From Felis catus (taxonomy: Eukaryota): a DNA stretch of 64,000 nt. The notes under the pieces are model-generated. The model ran no database searches. It was not told the origin of the DNA and worked only from the letters and a program-made list of their open reading frames with translations. A program made the position numbers and the translations under genes. Shown one piece after another: positions 39,612 to 51,692 of this stretch. Numbering within the stretch: position 1 is the stretch's first letter; each line of letters begins with the position of its first letter. Location of the stretch: contig NC_058368.1 of the NCBI RefSeq assembly GCF_018350175.1, positions 169,386,001-169,450,000 on the forward strand. The letters run 5' to 3'.

Positions 39612-39950
39612 GTACTCTAATTGCCTCCACTTTGTAAAGAATGAGCATTGTCATGACAACTAAGAGGAAACTTTGCCACCATAAGTTTTTCAAAATACAA
39701 TGAAATACTTACTGTTGGGCTTTCTAGTGTTGGCTGAGATTATAGAAATGTGCTTTATGCCTCCTACCTCAATGTAGATCAAAGCATTTTGTCTGCTTAC
39801 ATCAGGGAAAGAGTGTTTGCTTTTAATTTTTGTGTGGGTTTAGTTGGATATATTTTAGTTACAGTAATGGTACATGGAAGAAAAGACCATTTAAAGCAAT
39901 AAAACCTAGTTTTCATGGGCTGGGAAGGTAGTGAAAATGCAGCGGAATAA
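39612..39950 (+). pseudogene. L-protein relic, thumb-region exon
   Basis: Strong acceptor tttttttgcttttaatctcccag|G. Translates LPPLCKE*ALS*QLRGNFATISFSKYNEILTVGLSSVG*DYRNVLYASYLNV..., resembling the PxxLxG...TVGL.SG stretch recalled downstream of motif E in orthobunyavirus L. The 3' end (possible donor taa|gtatgt) is uncertain. Confidence 0.6.
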
Positions 39951-40326
39951 GTATGTGGCTGGTCTTAAAGGACATGGAGCTTCAAAGACATATGCCAAGT
40001 TAAAAAAAAATGGGCAAGGCTAAAAAGTAGGTAGGGTCTAGGTTTGCACTCTTGGGTAATAAAACTATAAAGCAAAGCAGTTGGGTATAATTATAAAAGT
40101 CAAGGTAGTGATTGCTTTGAGGGGATTGCTTTGGGGTTGAGACAAGTCATATGGACAGGCTTCTAAGGTGATGTGGGAGGTGTTTACAAGGGTGTTCGTC
40201 TTATAGTTCCATAAGCTATACATTGATCTAGCTTTCTATATCTGTGTTTTGTTTTACAATAAAGAGTTTTTAAAAATGTAAGTGTATGCAGCTTTATTTT
40301 ATTTTATTTTATTTTAGTTTTTGCAG

Positions 40327-41460
40327 CTTTAGATTATGAGCATAACTGTAGGCTACTTATAATTGGGAAGAGTTTTCTTGGACTTTAAGCAATACCTCTT
40401 CCTTTGTATGTCCCAAAATTGCACAGAGAGGTTAGAGCTCAAAGAGAAGGATCAAGAAGAAGTGTCATAAAGAGAGGGAAAGAAACCAATTATTTGAAAA
40501 TAAAAGTTTAATTTAGAATTGCTTTTAAATTATTATTAAATTATTCAGTGTAATTTTTTTCAAAGAGATACATACTGAAGTATTTATAAGTGAAATAATA
40601 TAATATCTGAGATTTTCCTCAAAAATGATCCAGTTGGATGGGATATGAAAACGTGGGTTTACAGGTGAAACCAGAGTGTCCACATGTTGAAGACTGTTAC
40701 AGCTAGGTGCATGGGGGATTATTATATAATGTTCTATGCTTTTGTCTATATTTGAATACTTCTGTAGTAAAAAGGTTTCAAAGTAAAATGAATTATAAGG
40801 TATACAGTGAGAATATATATATATATATATATTTTATAAAATGCCTTCAGATACTGTAGTCTGTAAGGAGTTTGTAGCATTCCAATCAATTTTATATACT
40901 TGAATATGACTATTTGTAAAAATTCAAACAGAACTATTTTAGTTTTTAAAATTTTTTAATGTTTATTTTTGAGAGACACAGAGCATGAGCACGGGAGGGG
41001 CAGAGAGAGAGAGAGAGGAAGACAAAATTCAAAGCAGGTTCCAGGCTCTAATTTGTCAGCACAGAGCCCGACAGAGGGCTCAAACTCATGAATTGCGAGA
41101 TCATGACCGGAGCTGAAGTTGGATGCTTAACCAACTGTCACCCAGGCGCCCCTCAAACAGAACTATTTTAAAGTTCCTTCATTTGGAACTAGATCCATTA
41201 CAAATCAGGCTTAAAGTAATGATAATCCAATGGCTCTGAAGCTGAAATAAAGTAAATCCAGGTTTTTGAGCAGGTACAGAGTTTTGCTGTTCGAGGCATT
41301 CAGAAAATTGCTGCATTACTGCCAACCCACAATGAGGAGAGCAAGGGAGACATAACCAGGCTAGAAGGTGCACAATCAAAACCAAGTAGAGAATGGAATT
41401 AATTCCTTAGCTAACCCAAAGAGGAAAGAACTAGGCGACAGCAATGATTTCTAAAGAAGC
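40327..41460 (+). pseudogene. Further L-protein-like fragments interrupted by an old L1 3' end and a Can-SINE
   Basis: LDYEHNCRLLIIGKSFLGL*AIPLPLYVPKLHREVRAQ (40327-40510). After removing SINE 40942-41152: KFKQNYFKVPSFGTRSITNQA*SNDNPMALKLK*SKSRFLSRYRVLLFEAFRKLLHYC. Protein-like, but assigned only by position and weak similarity. Confidence 0.45.
40942..41152 (-). mobile_element. Felid Can-SINE inside the L relic
   Basis: Perfect 18-bp TSD tcaaacagaactatttta. Confidence 0.95.
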
Positions 41461-41894
41461 ATTGTAACCTTTGCTTTTTTCCTTCTCAAGAGACCATACC
41501 TGTTCTATGGAAATCAAAGCAGTTTGTTCTCCCTTCCATACTGTCATTTATTTTCACATAAAATGTTAAAGCTATAAATAAATTTGCTATAACTCACAAT
41601 CTTATATTCTTCCTGTTAAAATTTTGTTCATTCTTGAGCTAACAGTTCCTCAGTGTAAGGAAAAAACTATCTTCTCCTGGATCAAAATAGTAGTCATAGC
41701 CAGCTTCTTTAGCTGCTTTCCTAATTCCTGCCATCTTCTCTATAGATCAGTGTCCTCTAAAGGACAGGAAACTGGCTCACTGTAACAACACCCATTCCTA
41801 AACAGGAATCTCTTCAGATGAAAAAACCCTTTTCTTAGAGCATCTTCCCAGATGTACAAAACACATAAACAAGTCCTAGAAAACAAACCAAAAA

Positions 41895-42062
41895 CCCCTT
41901 TAATCTGGAAATAATTTCAAATGTATATAAAGATGCAAGAAAAAGAACATTACAGAAAATACTAGTATATACTTTACTCAGTTTCATCTATTGTTAGTAT
42001 TTTACTCCATTTATTTTATCATTTGTCTTAGGTATCTATCATCTATCTACACACAGTGTGTT

Positions 42063-42097
<35 letters not shown>

Positions 42098-43645
42098 ATA
42101 CATATATACACACACACACATATATATATATAATATTTTTCCATGAACAATTTAAAGTAACATGTATATGTTATGCTCTTTACCCCTAAATACTTCAGTG
42201 TATATTTCATAATATTAGGGAATTTTTTTTACATAAATAATCACAATATAGTTTTCAACTTCAGTAAATATGGTAATACTGTTACCTAGTCCACCATCCA
42301 TATGTGAGTTTTGTCCACTAATAATAGCATCTTTTTTTAACTTTACTTATTTATTTTGAGAAAGTGAGTGAACTAGCATGTGGGAGGGGCAGAGAGACAG
42401 GGAGGGAGAGAGAATTCCAAGCAGGCTCCATACTGTCAGCGAGGAACCCAAAGCAGGGCTCGAACTCACAAACTGTGAGATCATGACCCGAACTGAAATC
42501 AAGAGTCAGATGCTGAACTGACTGAACCACCCAGGTGCCCGTAACACAACGGCATCTCAATAATATTTCTTTCCCTCCAGTATAGGATCCAAATATTGCA
42601 TTTAGTTATCAGCCTTTCACTGGAAAATTTCTACAGGCTTTATTTGACTTTCATGTTATTGATTTTTTTTTTTGAAGTATAAAAATATACAATATTTTTT
42701 ATTTGGGCTTATCTGATATTTCCTCATGATTTAAATCAGGTTATACATTACTGGCCAGAATATCACATGAGCAATTTGTGTCCTTTTCAAGGTATCACAT
42801 CCAGAAGCACATGATGTCTATTTATTCTTCACTGTGATGTTAATTTTGATTACATGGTAAAGGTGTCCTGCTATTTGTATACTACATAATTACTATTTTT
42901 CCCCTTATAACTAACAAGCAGCCTATGGGAAATTTCTTGAAGACTATGAAAATATTCTGTTCCCCATCAAAATTCGTCCTATATTTAGCATCCACTGATG
43001 ACTCTTGCCTGGACCAATCTTTGCAAATTGATATTTATCTAACTCTAGCCTTCCTTCCATGTTTGCCATTTGACATGCAGCATTATACTGTAAGCAAGAA
43101 CCCTTTTTCTCCCTTATCAATTTATCTTCTATATTTTTAATTAAACAATTTTTTTAAATATTTGTTTTTGAGAGACAGAGAGAGAACACAAGCAGGGGAA
43201 GGTCTGAGAGAGAGAGGGAGACACAGAATCTGAAGCAGGATCCAGGCTCTGAGCTGTCATCACAGAGCCCAACACAGGCCTCGAACCCACAAACTGTGAG
43301 ATCATGACCTGAGCTGAAGTTGGACACTCAACCGAATCAGCCACCCAGGTGCCCCTCAATTTATCTTGTTATCAGTATGAACACATGGATTCCTATCTTA
43401 TTATTAATTTATAATTCAATGATGAACTGTTATTTTGGTAATAACACTGTCCCCAATTTTGCCAGTGTTAGACCCTTCAAACTAGCTTCTATCATTTTTT
43501 AAAATCACTTCCTTTATTTCTGGCACAACAAAATGCCATAGGTTCATCTTGTACCCATTCTGCTCCAGTCTTCTGCTATTTCTCTAGGAAGCCCTGCTTC
43601 CTTTTGATAAAAGAATATTAGACACCAAAATATGGGTAAGTGTGC
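41895..43645 (-). mobile_element. Old L1M 3' region containing two Can-SINEs (42332-42540, 43129-43355)
   Basis: L1MC/MD-like 3'UTR (ttacccctaaatacttcagtgtatatttc). SINE TSD tcaatttatctt at the second copy. Confidence 0.75.
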
Positions 43646-43647
43646 TC

Positions 43648-43905
43648 CTCTGAGGCCTCTCTACTTGGCCACCCTCTTACTGCCTCTTCAAATGGTCACT
43701 CCTCCGCACGCTCATGCTCCTGCTATCTCTCTGTGTGTCCCAGTCTTCTCTTCTTACAAGGACATCAGTGAGATTGGATTAGGGCCCACCCTAATGGCCT
43801 CATTTTAACTTAATTACCTCCTTAAATACCTCCTACCTATTCTTAGGTAGTGGGGGTTAGGGCTCCAACTAGGAATTTTGAGGGGATACAATTCAGCCCA
43901 TAACA
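43648..43905 (-). mobile_element. MLT1-type LTR fragment
   Basis: tcttacaaggacatcagtgagattggattagggcccaccc...attcagcccataaca. Confidence 0.8.
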
Positions 43906-44096
43906 TCTTCCTATGTTTCCTTTTGTAAAGATAGGTAGGTACGTGAATGCTTTCTTACTTCTTTTTACACAAATGGTAGCATGGTATTTATAATCTTTTG
44001 TACTTTTCTGGCTCACTTTTCTCAGAGGCATTTTTATGAAACACGGTTTTGAATTTTAGTATCCATTATGTAACCTCTGTTACATATGTTCAATAG

Positions 44097-44850
44097 ATTT
44101 CCAAGAATTTTTATGCATTTACAATGACTGCATGGATTTTAGTCTCCTAGAAACTGTGTCTGGACTAGAGAGTAGGGAGTCATTTTGGACGTTTGGCCTA
44201 CTAAGAGGTCTTGCAAAACAATAACAACTAGGTGCAATGGCTTAATCCATTAAGGTTGATATGAAATAATTAAATAACAAAATTGTCATGGCTGCAGCCA
44301 GGGAGTATTTGATGGTGTGACAAAAGGAGCACTGTAGCCAGTTATTCTTGCTCAGAAGGACAATCTTTTTCAGGTATGAATTGATACTTTCTCTCCAAAA
44401 GTCAGGATGATCTGTATAATCCTTATTGTCACCACACATCAGAGAGAAAATATAGAAATATAAAAGATATTCCTCAACCCCCTATACCCCCCCCAAAAAA
44501 AAAACCCTAAAAGCAATTATATTGCAGATTAAATTTGGATTGGTACAATAAGAAATTAGGAAAAGTGGTAGCTCATTCAGTAGAAATATACTTGCCAAAG
44601 GCCCTATCACTACAGACTAAAGATACATCATTGACACACAGACACCAAGTTATCTTTGCAGAGGAAACTATCTGGAATAGTGAAAAGTGTGAAGGGGTTT
44701 TAGAGTCAGATATCTGCATATTTGTTAAGTGTCAATGGCCACCCAGCTAAACCACCTATAGGTGTTTGGAGCATCTGCCGCTATGTGTATGAGTCTAGTG
44801 GAAGTCAGGGACTAGGTTCCCATGATGAAAGGAAAAATAAAGAAGCTGCT
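44097..44850 (+). pseudogene. Two distal exons (44097-44373, 44528-~44850) of the putative L relic
   Basis: Acceptor ttcaatag|AT. Exon reads DFQEFLCIYNDCMDFSLLETVSGLESRESFWTFGLLRGLAK...RRTIFFR. Phase-2 intron 44374-44527 (AG|gtatga...ttgcag|A) joins in frame to LNLDWYNKKLGKVVAHSVEIYLPKALSL... (ORF 44535-44750). The frame runs into the SINE at 44855. Confidence 0.45.
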
Positions 44851-44854
44851 TCAT

Positions 44855-45070
44855 GGGGCACCTGGGTGGCTCAGTCGATTAAGCATCCAACTTCGGCTCA
44901 GGTCATGATCTCATGGTTTGTGGGTTCAAGCCCCACGTCAGGCTCTGTGCTAACAGCTTGGAGCCTGGAGCCTGCTTTGGATTCTGTGCCTCCCTCTCTC
45001 TCGGCCCCTTCCCCACTCACATTCTCATGGTCTCTCTCTCAAAAATAAAGAAACATAAAAAAATTTTTTA
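44855..45070 (+). mobile_element. Felid Can-SINE, no clear TSD
   Basis: Full head, (CT) tract and tail. Confidence 0.9.
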
Positions 45071-45636
45071 AGTTATTTATTACATGTACTGCACGTGAAT
45101 ATAATTATGCAAAAATGCAGAAATGTAATCACATACACAAGCATGCTTTTTATTTTTTTGTTCTTGATTCTATTATCCCTCATCCTGACCTCTGCCTCAC
45201 TTCAGCAAAACACTTCTGGTGACAAGCTAGAATATATCCTTTCATGTCTTTCTCCATACCATGTATTCATGTGTGGACAAACACATATTCATGTATGTGT
45301 ATATAACTATCTAGGCTCTGATGTTTTATAAAGATGGGATCATATTATAGATACTTATCTCCATCTTGCTTTTCTTACTCAGCAACTTCTTGTGGAAATC
45401 TCTCCAAGCTATTGGCAAGAGCTCAGTTCATCTTTATTAATGGCTGCATTATACTCCATTAATTCCATCATAATTTATTCAGCCATTCTCCTTGATGTGT
45501 CCATTTTGTTTTCTACTATGAACAAGTAGTATGACTTGGGCTAAACTCCTGACTGCCTAGCCTCCCCTTTGTTCCTCTAAACAGTTTTGAGCCCACTTCA
45601 CCATAATATGACATCTTTTTTAAAGGGAAAAAATTA

Positions 45637-45843
45637 GGGGTGCCTGGGTTGCTCAGTTGGTTAAGTGGTCAACTTTGGCTCAGGGCATGATCTCACAGTT
45701 CATGGATTCGAGCCCCACATCAGGCTGTGCTGACAGCTAGAAGCCTGGATCCTGCTTTGGATTCTGTGTCTCCCTCTCTCTCTGTCCCTCCCCTTACTCA
45801 CGCTCTGTCTCTCTTTCTTTAAAAAATAAATAAACATTAAAAA
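45637..45843 (+). mobile_element. Felid Can-SINE
   Basis: Head ggggtgcctgggttgctcagttgg; A-rich TSD. Confidence 0.92.
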
Positions 45844-46247
45844 AGGAAAAAAATAAAGAAAAACATTGTGAGGTCTCTGATATCCTTCCAGTAAATTACT
45901 GTTCTGCTTATGTTAACCAGAATCAGAATCTATCATTTGCAACCCAGAACCCTAACTGGTACACCAGTATTCTCATCTCAGCTTTGATACTATTAATTAT
46001 AATTATTATTTATTATTTATCTATTTCTAACCATGTCCCTCCTTTGAGCCCTTACTTCCTTGTAGAATTATAAGAATTCGGTAAATATATACAATATGGT
46101 TGGTACAGTGATCAACCCATTCTAGGTTCTCAATAAACGGTAACAAGAATCATCATTAATAATAAGTTACTAATAACAGTTAAAGAACATTAATGAGGAT
46201 CAGTGGAAGATATGCAAGAAGGTGAGGGTCCAAATGAGACCAGGGTC

Positions 46248-46486
46248 GGGGTGCTTGGATGGCTCAGTGGGTCAAGCATCCAACTTCAGCTCAGGTCATG
46301 TTCTTATGGTTCATCGGTTCAAGCACCGCAATGGGTTCTCTGCTATCAGCACAGAGCCTATTTTGGATCCTCTGCCCCCCTCTCTCTTGCCCTTCCTCTG
46401 CTTGTGCTCTCTCTCTCTCTCCCCCTCAAAAATACATAAACATTAAAAAATAATAATATAATAATATCCTTTAAACAAACAAAAAT
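46248..46486 (+). mobile_element. Can-SINE
   Basis: TSD caaatgagaccagggtc / caaatgggactaggctc. Confidence 0.9.
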
Positions 46487-46598
46487 CAAATGGGACTAGG
46501 CTCAAGTCTTCACCAATCTTTTAATGAGAAGGATTTGGGGTTACTGAGAGAACCATAGAGTATTTGTATGCTTAATTTCCTACTTATGATCCCATGTA

Positions 46599-48479
46599 CT
46601 AATTCCCCAGTCTGGATCCAGACATTCTTATTTTGTCCTTTCCTTTGTCACTACAAAGTTTTGCATTACAAGAATCCTTTGTGATATTAACATGACTACT
46701 GAAAGGAGTAGACACATTTGATGACAATAAGCATGATTTGGCCCAGAATGGGTAAAGCAAGGAAGCAGCTCCTCTTACCGCAAAGCCTATCCTTTGCAAG
46801 TGCCACATGTTAAATTACCACGTGACAAACTCCAAAAATGTATGTATCCCTTTGAATTTTTCCTTACCATGTAAGGGTATGGTTGCAGCAGCTATTCCAA
46901 TGAAAAGAATGTCTACATTTAGATGTCGGTATTTTAGGTGGGTCATGAAATTAAATTTCCCTTCAGTAGTGAGCATATGCTGACAGTGCGTGGCAGAGCT
47001 GTGTGTGTGCGTGAGTGTGGTTAGGAAGAAGGGAAGAGGCCTTCTGTCTTTTAGATGCATATTCATGGGGAAGCTCATAAAGTTCTTTGAGAAAAGTTTC
47101 ATTTATATATTTGATTCTTGATAATTAAAGCAATTGACTGAAAAAGAATCATTAGTTTCACAGTTTTCCTTATAATTTAGTGCTGTTAACACATGGCAAC
47201 TAATGTGTTTAATGTATTGTTTAGCATTTATTTTCTGGTTGTTCTATTTTAGAATCGTGAGATAAATTTATTTTCACTGAAAATTATTTATCTCACTTTT
47301 TGGGGGCCAATAAATGATTTCCCTTAATTAAGCTTTCAATAGTTTCTCTGATATATTTGACATTTGCCATTAACTGTCCTTGCAGTTTTTTATTAAATAT
47401 TTTATTTTCAGTTTTAAACTAGTTTACTATTATAATAATTCATGCTCATGGCTAAAAATTCAAAGAATATGATGGTGTACAAACTGAGAAGCACAAATAT
47501 ACCTCTCCCCATAGTTTTATTGTAGAGGTAGGCACTATTTGCAATCTCTTGTGTATCCTTCCAGAAATAATCATAGGTATATATAATTTCCCTTTAAAAA
47601 AGATATGTATATGATGCCATTACATAACTAGAATTATTTTACTTAAAGGCTATCTTGAATATCTTTCCATATCTTGAATATTTCTCCACAATATTTATCC
47701 TTATTGTTCTTGTGATTTCTGTATTTACATACATTTGTACATATATGTTATTTTCATAGCTGATTAGTATTGAGTTGGATGTATGTAATTTTTAATTTTT
47801 AATTCATGAACATTTAAGATATTACAAGCGTTTTGTTGTTACCATTGTTGTTAGCTTACTTTTAATAAATGATTGACATCAGTTCAATTGTCCATCCTAT
47901 TATTGAGTCATGGACATCAACATGGACCAGAGGAAAGACTTGAAATTCCCCAATATCCAACCCATGCCAGCCGCTGTCCCAACAATGATTCAAATTATGC
48001 TTCTCTAGCAATATTGTGGAAACCAGTTAACTAAGCAATAACCTTCCTAGAAGCATTACTTTTGTCAGTAAAATTCACTTACACTTTCATTTCTGGGTGA
48101 GAATTTGCTAAGACTTAAGGAAGTTGATTATTTTAATGGTTGATTATTTAACTTTCTTTTTGATGTCAATGAATGCTTACCAGAAAGGTGATGATGGGTA
48201 AGATCTCAACTGAGCCTGTGTACATTGCCTAATTATTCACATGATTCCCATAAGAAATGTCGTAACAAAAGCAAGATAACTCAAAGTAAAAAAGAGAATT
48301 CAACAATTCTCCTATGATATATGCCAAGTGCTTCCCACTTATCTCATTTATTTTTGTAGTTTTTTGTTGTTAATTGCTTTTGAACCTTCAGCAAAAATTT
48401 TCGCAATTGCAATTGATTTCTTACTTTTCTATTAATGGACAGATTTCTCTCTTTTGGTTGACAACCCATTTTGCAGTAC
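46599..48479 (-). pseudogene. Third spliced gene relic (exons ~48181-48479, 47860-48046, ~46599-46912); possibly a viral nucleoprotein
   Basis: Acceptors tttgtag and cttctag, two gtaagc donors, 134-bp intron. Peptides AIAKIFAEGSKAINNKKLQK, ILLEKHNLNHCWDSGWHGLDIGEFQVFPLVHVDVHDSIIGW and DILFIGIAAATIPLHGKEKFKGIHTFLEFVTW*FNMWHLQRIGF (track ORFs 46815-47102 and 46599-46808 share a frame). Nucleoprotein identity is inference only. Confidence 0.45.
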
Positions 48480-49792
48480 CTACAAACATAAACCTAAGAG
48501 TGAATATGCATAATTTTATCTTTAAGTTTCAGAGCTTTCTTTTTCCTTCTCTCTCATTTCATGAATGGTTTCAATTTTATAACTAGTCTCTTTTTCACAT
48601 CTGGATTGCTTATTTCTATTTATTTTGAAGTCATCACTATTGCAGACATCCCACAATGCATGTATTATGTGAATTCCTTTCATCCTCTTCTTTTTATTTC
48701 TTATCTTTATCTGTTCTGTGATATAATGATTCCTAATGCAGGATACGCCTCTTTGAATGAGCCCAGCCATTGTATATAGATTGGCCAGGCAGTCTCCAGT
48801 TATTTCTCTGTTTTACCATCAGCTCTGAAATATGCATTATCTTTTGTTTCTTGCTATTCCTCTGTTCTTCTGTAGCAACATGTAAAAATCCTTGTGTTAT
48901 GGGAAGTATATGTATATATATATGTGTGTGTGTATATATATGTATATGTATATGTATATATACACACTACCAAAACAAAAAAGCATATTTCATTTAGACT
49001 GACTGTGAATTTTCAAGGTGTTTTCTTCTTTGTGTTCTCAGTACCATAGAATAAGGCCTGATACTTCATAGGCAATCAATAATTGCTCATCAGGGCATTT
49101 ATGTGCTTTTGAATAGATCCAAACTGCTGTAAGTGTAACTGCAAAATTATGTTTGGTGATGGAGAAAATCAAAAAAGAATATAGAAAAATAATAATTGAT
49201 TTGTTAGGGTGGAGGAGTAGTAGGTGGTTTGCTGCTCATTTTTATTGTTTGGTATTATTACACACTGAATGAACAATAAAAATTTCTGTGAGAATTCATC
49301 TGTTACAGATCTGAGCCTGAATTTACCATTCCCTCTTCTTTTACTAATGACAGAGCACATTGTGGGCCTTCCCTGACTCACTCCCAATACTTTTTGATAT
49401 GATAAAATTTAAATGAAAAGAGGATCCAGATTGATGTTAAGGATAATTATAAAAATAAAAGCCAATATTACATATTCACCCGCAGGCCAAGCACAGTATT
49501 TATCTCCTTGCTTGTACCACCTCATTTAATTCTCATGACATCATTAGGAGGTAGGGTTGTCTATATTTTAGAGATAAGGAGGCATAAATCCTGAGAAATT
49601 AAAGAACTTATTTGGGAACTCCCAGTACCTCGGGTGTATCTCCAAAGTCCTTTCTAGTAACTATAATGGAGACTGTTTTAAGCAATTTAGAAGGGAAGCT
49701 GGTAGGCACATCTACTTTGCTCCAAAAGGGATAAATGGAGTTGGTTGACTATTTTTCTTTGTTCAAGGATTGTGGTTGCTACCTCAGCTTAT

Positions 49793-49813
49793 TTTAAAGT
49801 TTATTTATTTTAT

Positions 49814-49859
<46 letters not shown>

Positions 49860-49985
49860 CCAATCAAGCAGGTTCTGCATGTCAGCACAGAGCCCAGCGT
49901 GGGGCTTGAACTCACAAACCATGAGATGATGACCTGAGCCGAAATCGAGAGTCAGACACTTAACTGACTGAGCCACCCAGACATC
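49793..49985 (-). mobile_element. Can-SINE with expanded (GA)n
   Basis: Reverse-complement SINE body. Confidence 0.88.
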
Positions 49986-51475
49986 GCTCAAGGGAATTAT
50001 TTGCATAAAAGACAAAGGTATGGGCTGGGGAAATAAAAAAATAAATAAACAAGGAAAACAAAACCCACAAAAACCACACTCTTAATCTCAGTAATGAGAA
50101 TCAAGACTGCAGGTTTCACTTAAGGCTCATCACTCACTATCAGAGGAAAGTACCTGTTCAGGTCCATAACAGTCCCTGGGCCTGAGAACGATGGTATTAC
50201 AAGCAAGAATGAAGGGGCTCTTTTGTACCACCTCTCTGAAGCTTTGACAACACCACTTTCCCAGCCACATAAAAAACGACATGTAAAGGGGTAAAGTGTG
50301 GGGCAAGGGACCCCTCACACTGTAGCCTTAATTAAGAGTTTCATCACAGGAAGCCAAAACAAGGAAGAAAAAGAAAATGGAGATGACTTCTTTCATGGGT
50401 TCCTGTGAGACAGCCCTCGTGTTCATATTTGGACCACTCCCAGTGTTCAGAACTACCTTCCTTTCCTTCTGAATGCTTCCCGGAGTCATGCCCCACTAGA
50501 TGAGGGTCAGCCCTACTAGAATTCACTATACCCAAGGAACAGCAATATTTTATTATTTTTATTATTAAATATTGTTGCTCTATGAAGATAGTGAACTCTT
50601 CAAGGGCAAGAACAATATTATTTTTTATCTCTTCAGGAGGGCTTAGCACAATGTTGGGCATAGAGCAAGCAGCTGATAATTCCTCATTAACCTAATTTGA
50701 CATTAGTTTGGTTCTTATTGTAAGTAACTCAAAACTTTACAAGGTTGCTAAAAGGTATAAATGAAAAGAAGAAATCCCTCCTTCCTGGCTATCACCAAGG
50801 ACAACATTGCTTAGAAAGGATTAAAACATTTTATATCTCTACCAACCATTTCCCTGGGAAGCCAAGCCAAGCCTGTAATGCTGATTAACAATGTTAATGT
50901 TCTTCTGTAGGCGGACAGGCAACTCAGAGGCTTGCTTCTCACCTTCCCCCTCTTCCTTAGATAGAATGACTTAACTCCTCTAATTTTCAGAAAGAGCTAG
51001 AGAGGAGAAAGAGACTGAGACTTATTTACAGTTATGTAGACTCTACCTGGTATACACATATCCTACAGGAATTTAGAAAGCAATGAACTTTAAACTGTAA
51101 CAACAACACACATACTCTAGTTTACCCCATCTACTGTATCAGAATAAATTAGGAACCAAGAACCGAGAAAAGACTTGATGCTTTAGGCCATTTAAGGGCC
51201 TTTTTTGCTGAAGTAGTGAAGTTTCAGTATCAGAAAGAGCTGCAGCCTCTCGATCTCAGTGACTATGAGAAAAGTAAAATATAATACACCTGGCAGATCA
51301 AAGTCTTTCAGTTCAGTTGTTTATTTATATGTTACCATGCACTTTCTTGACAAGGAGACCCCATCTCTCTATCTTATTGCCAGACCTTATCTACTGCCAG
51401 ATTTCCCTGAAGATTGGGTGTTTGTTAGTTTGCTTGCCCTTTGGTGGAAGTTACCTGGTGGGATGACTTGTGTTT

Positions 51476-51692
51476 AAATAATTTTTTTTAATGTTTATTT
51501 ATTTTTGAGAAAGAGAGAGACAGAGCATAAGCAGGGGACGGGCAGAGACAGAGGGAGACACAGAATCTGAAGCAGGCTCCAGGCTCTGAGCTGTCAGCTC
51601 AGAGCCTGATGTGGAGCTCGAACCCACAAGCTGTGAGATCATGACCTGAACTAAAGTTGGACACTCAATTGACTGAGCCCCCCAGGCACCCC
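51476..51692 (-). mobile_element. Felid Can-SINE
   Basis: TSD tgggatgacttgtgttt / tgggatggcttgcattt. Confidence 0.95.

Noticed and set aside
48181..48479. Cys-loop receptor M4-like reading (WEAL...LFFTLSYLAFVTTFL)
   Set aside because: Needs several frame switches, has no upstream receptor exons, and is followed by further exons rather than ending the gene.
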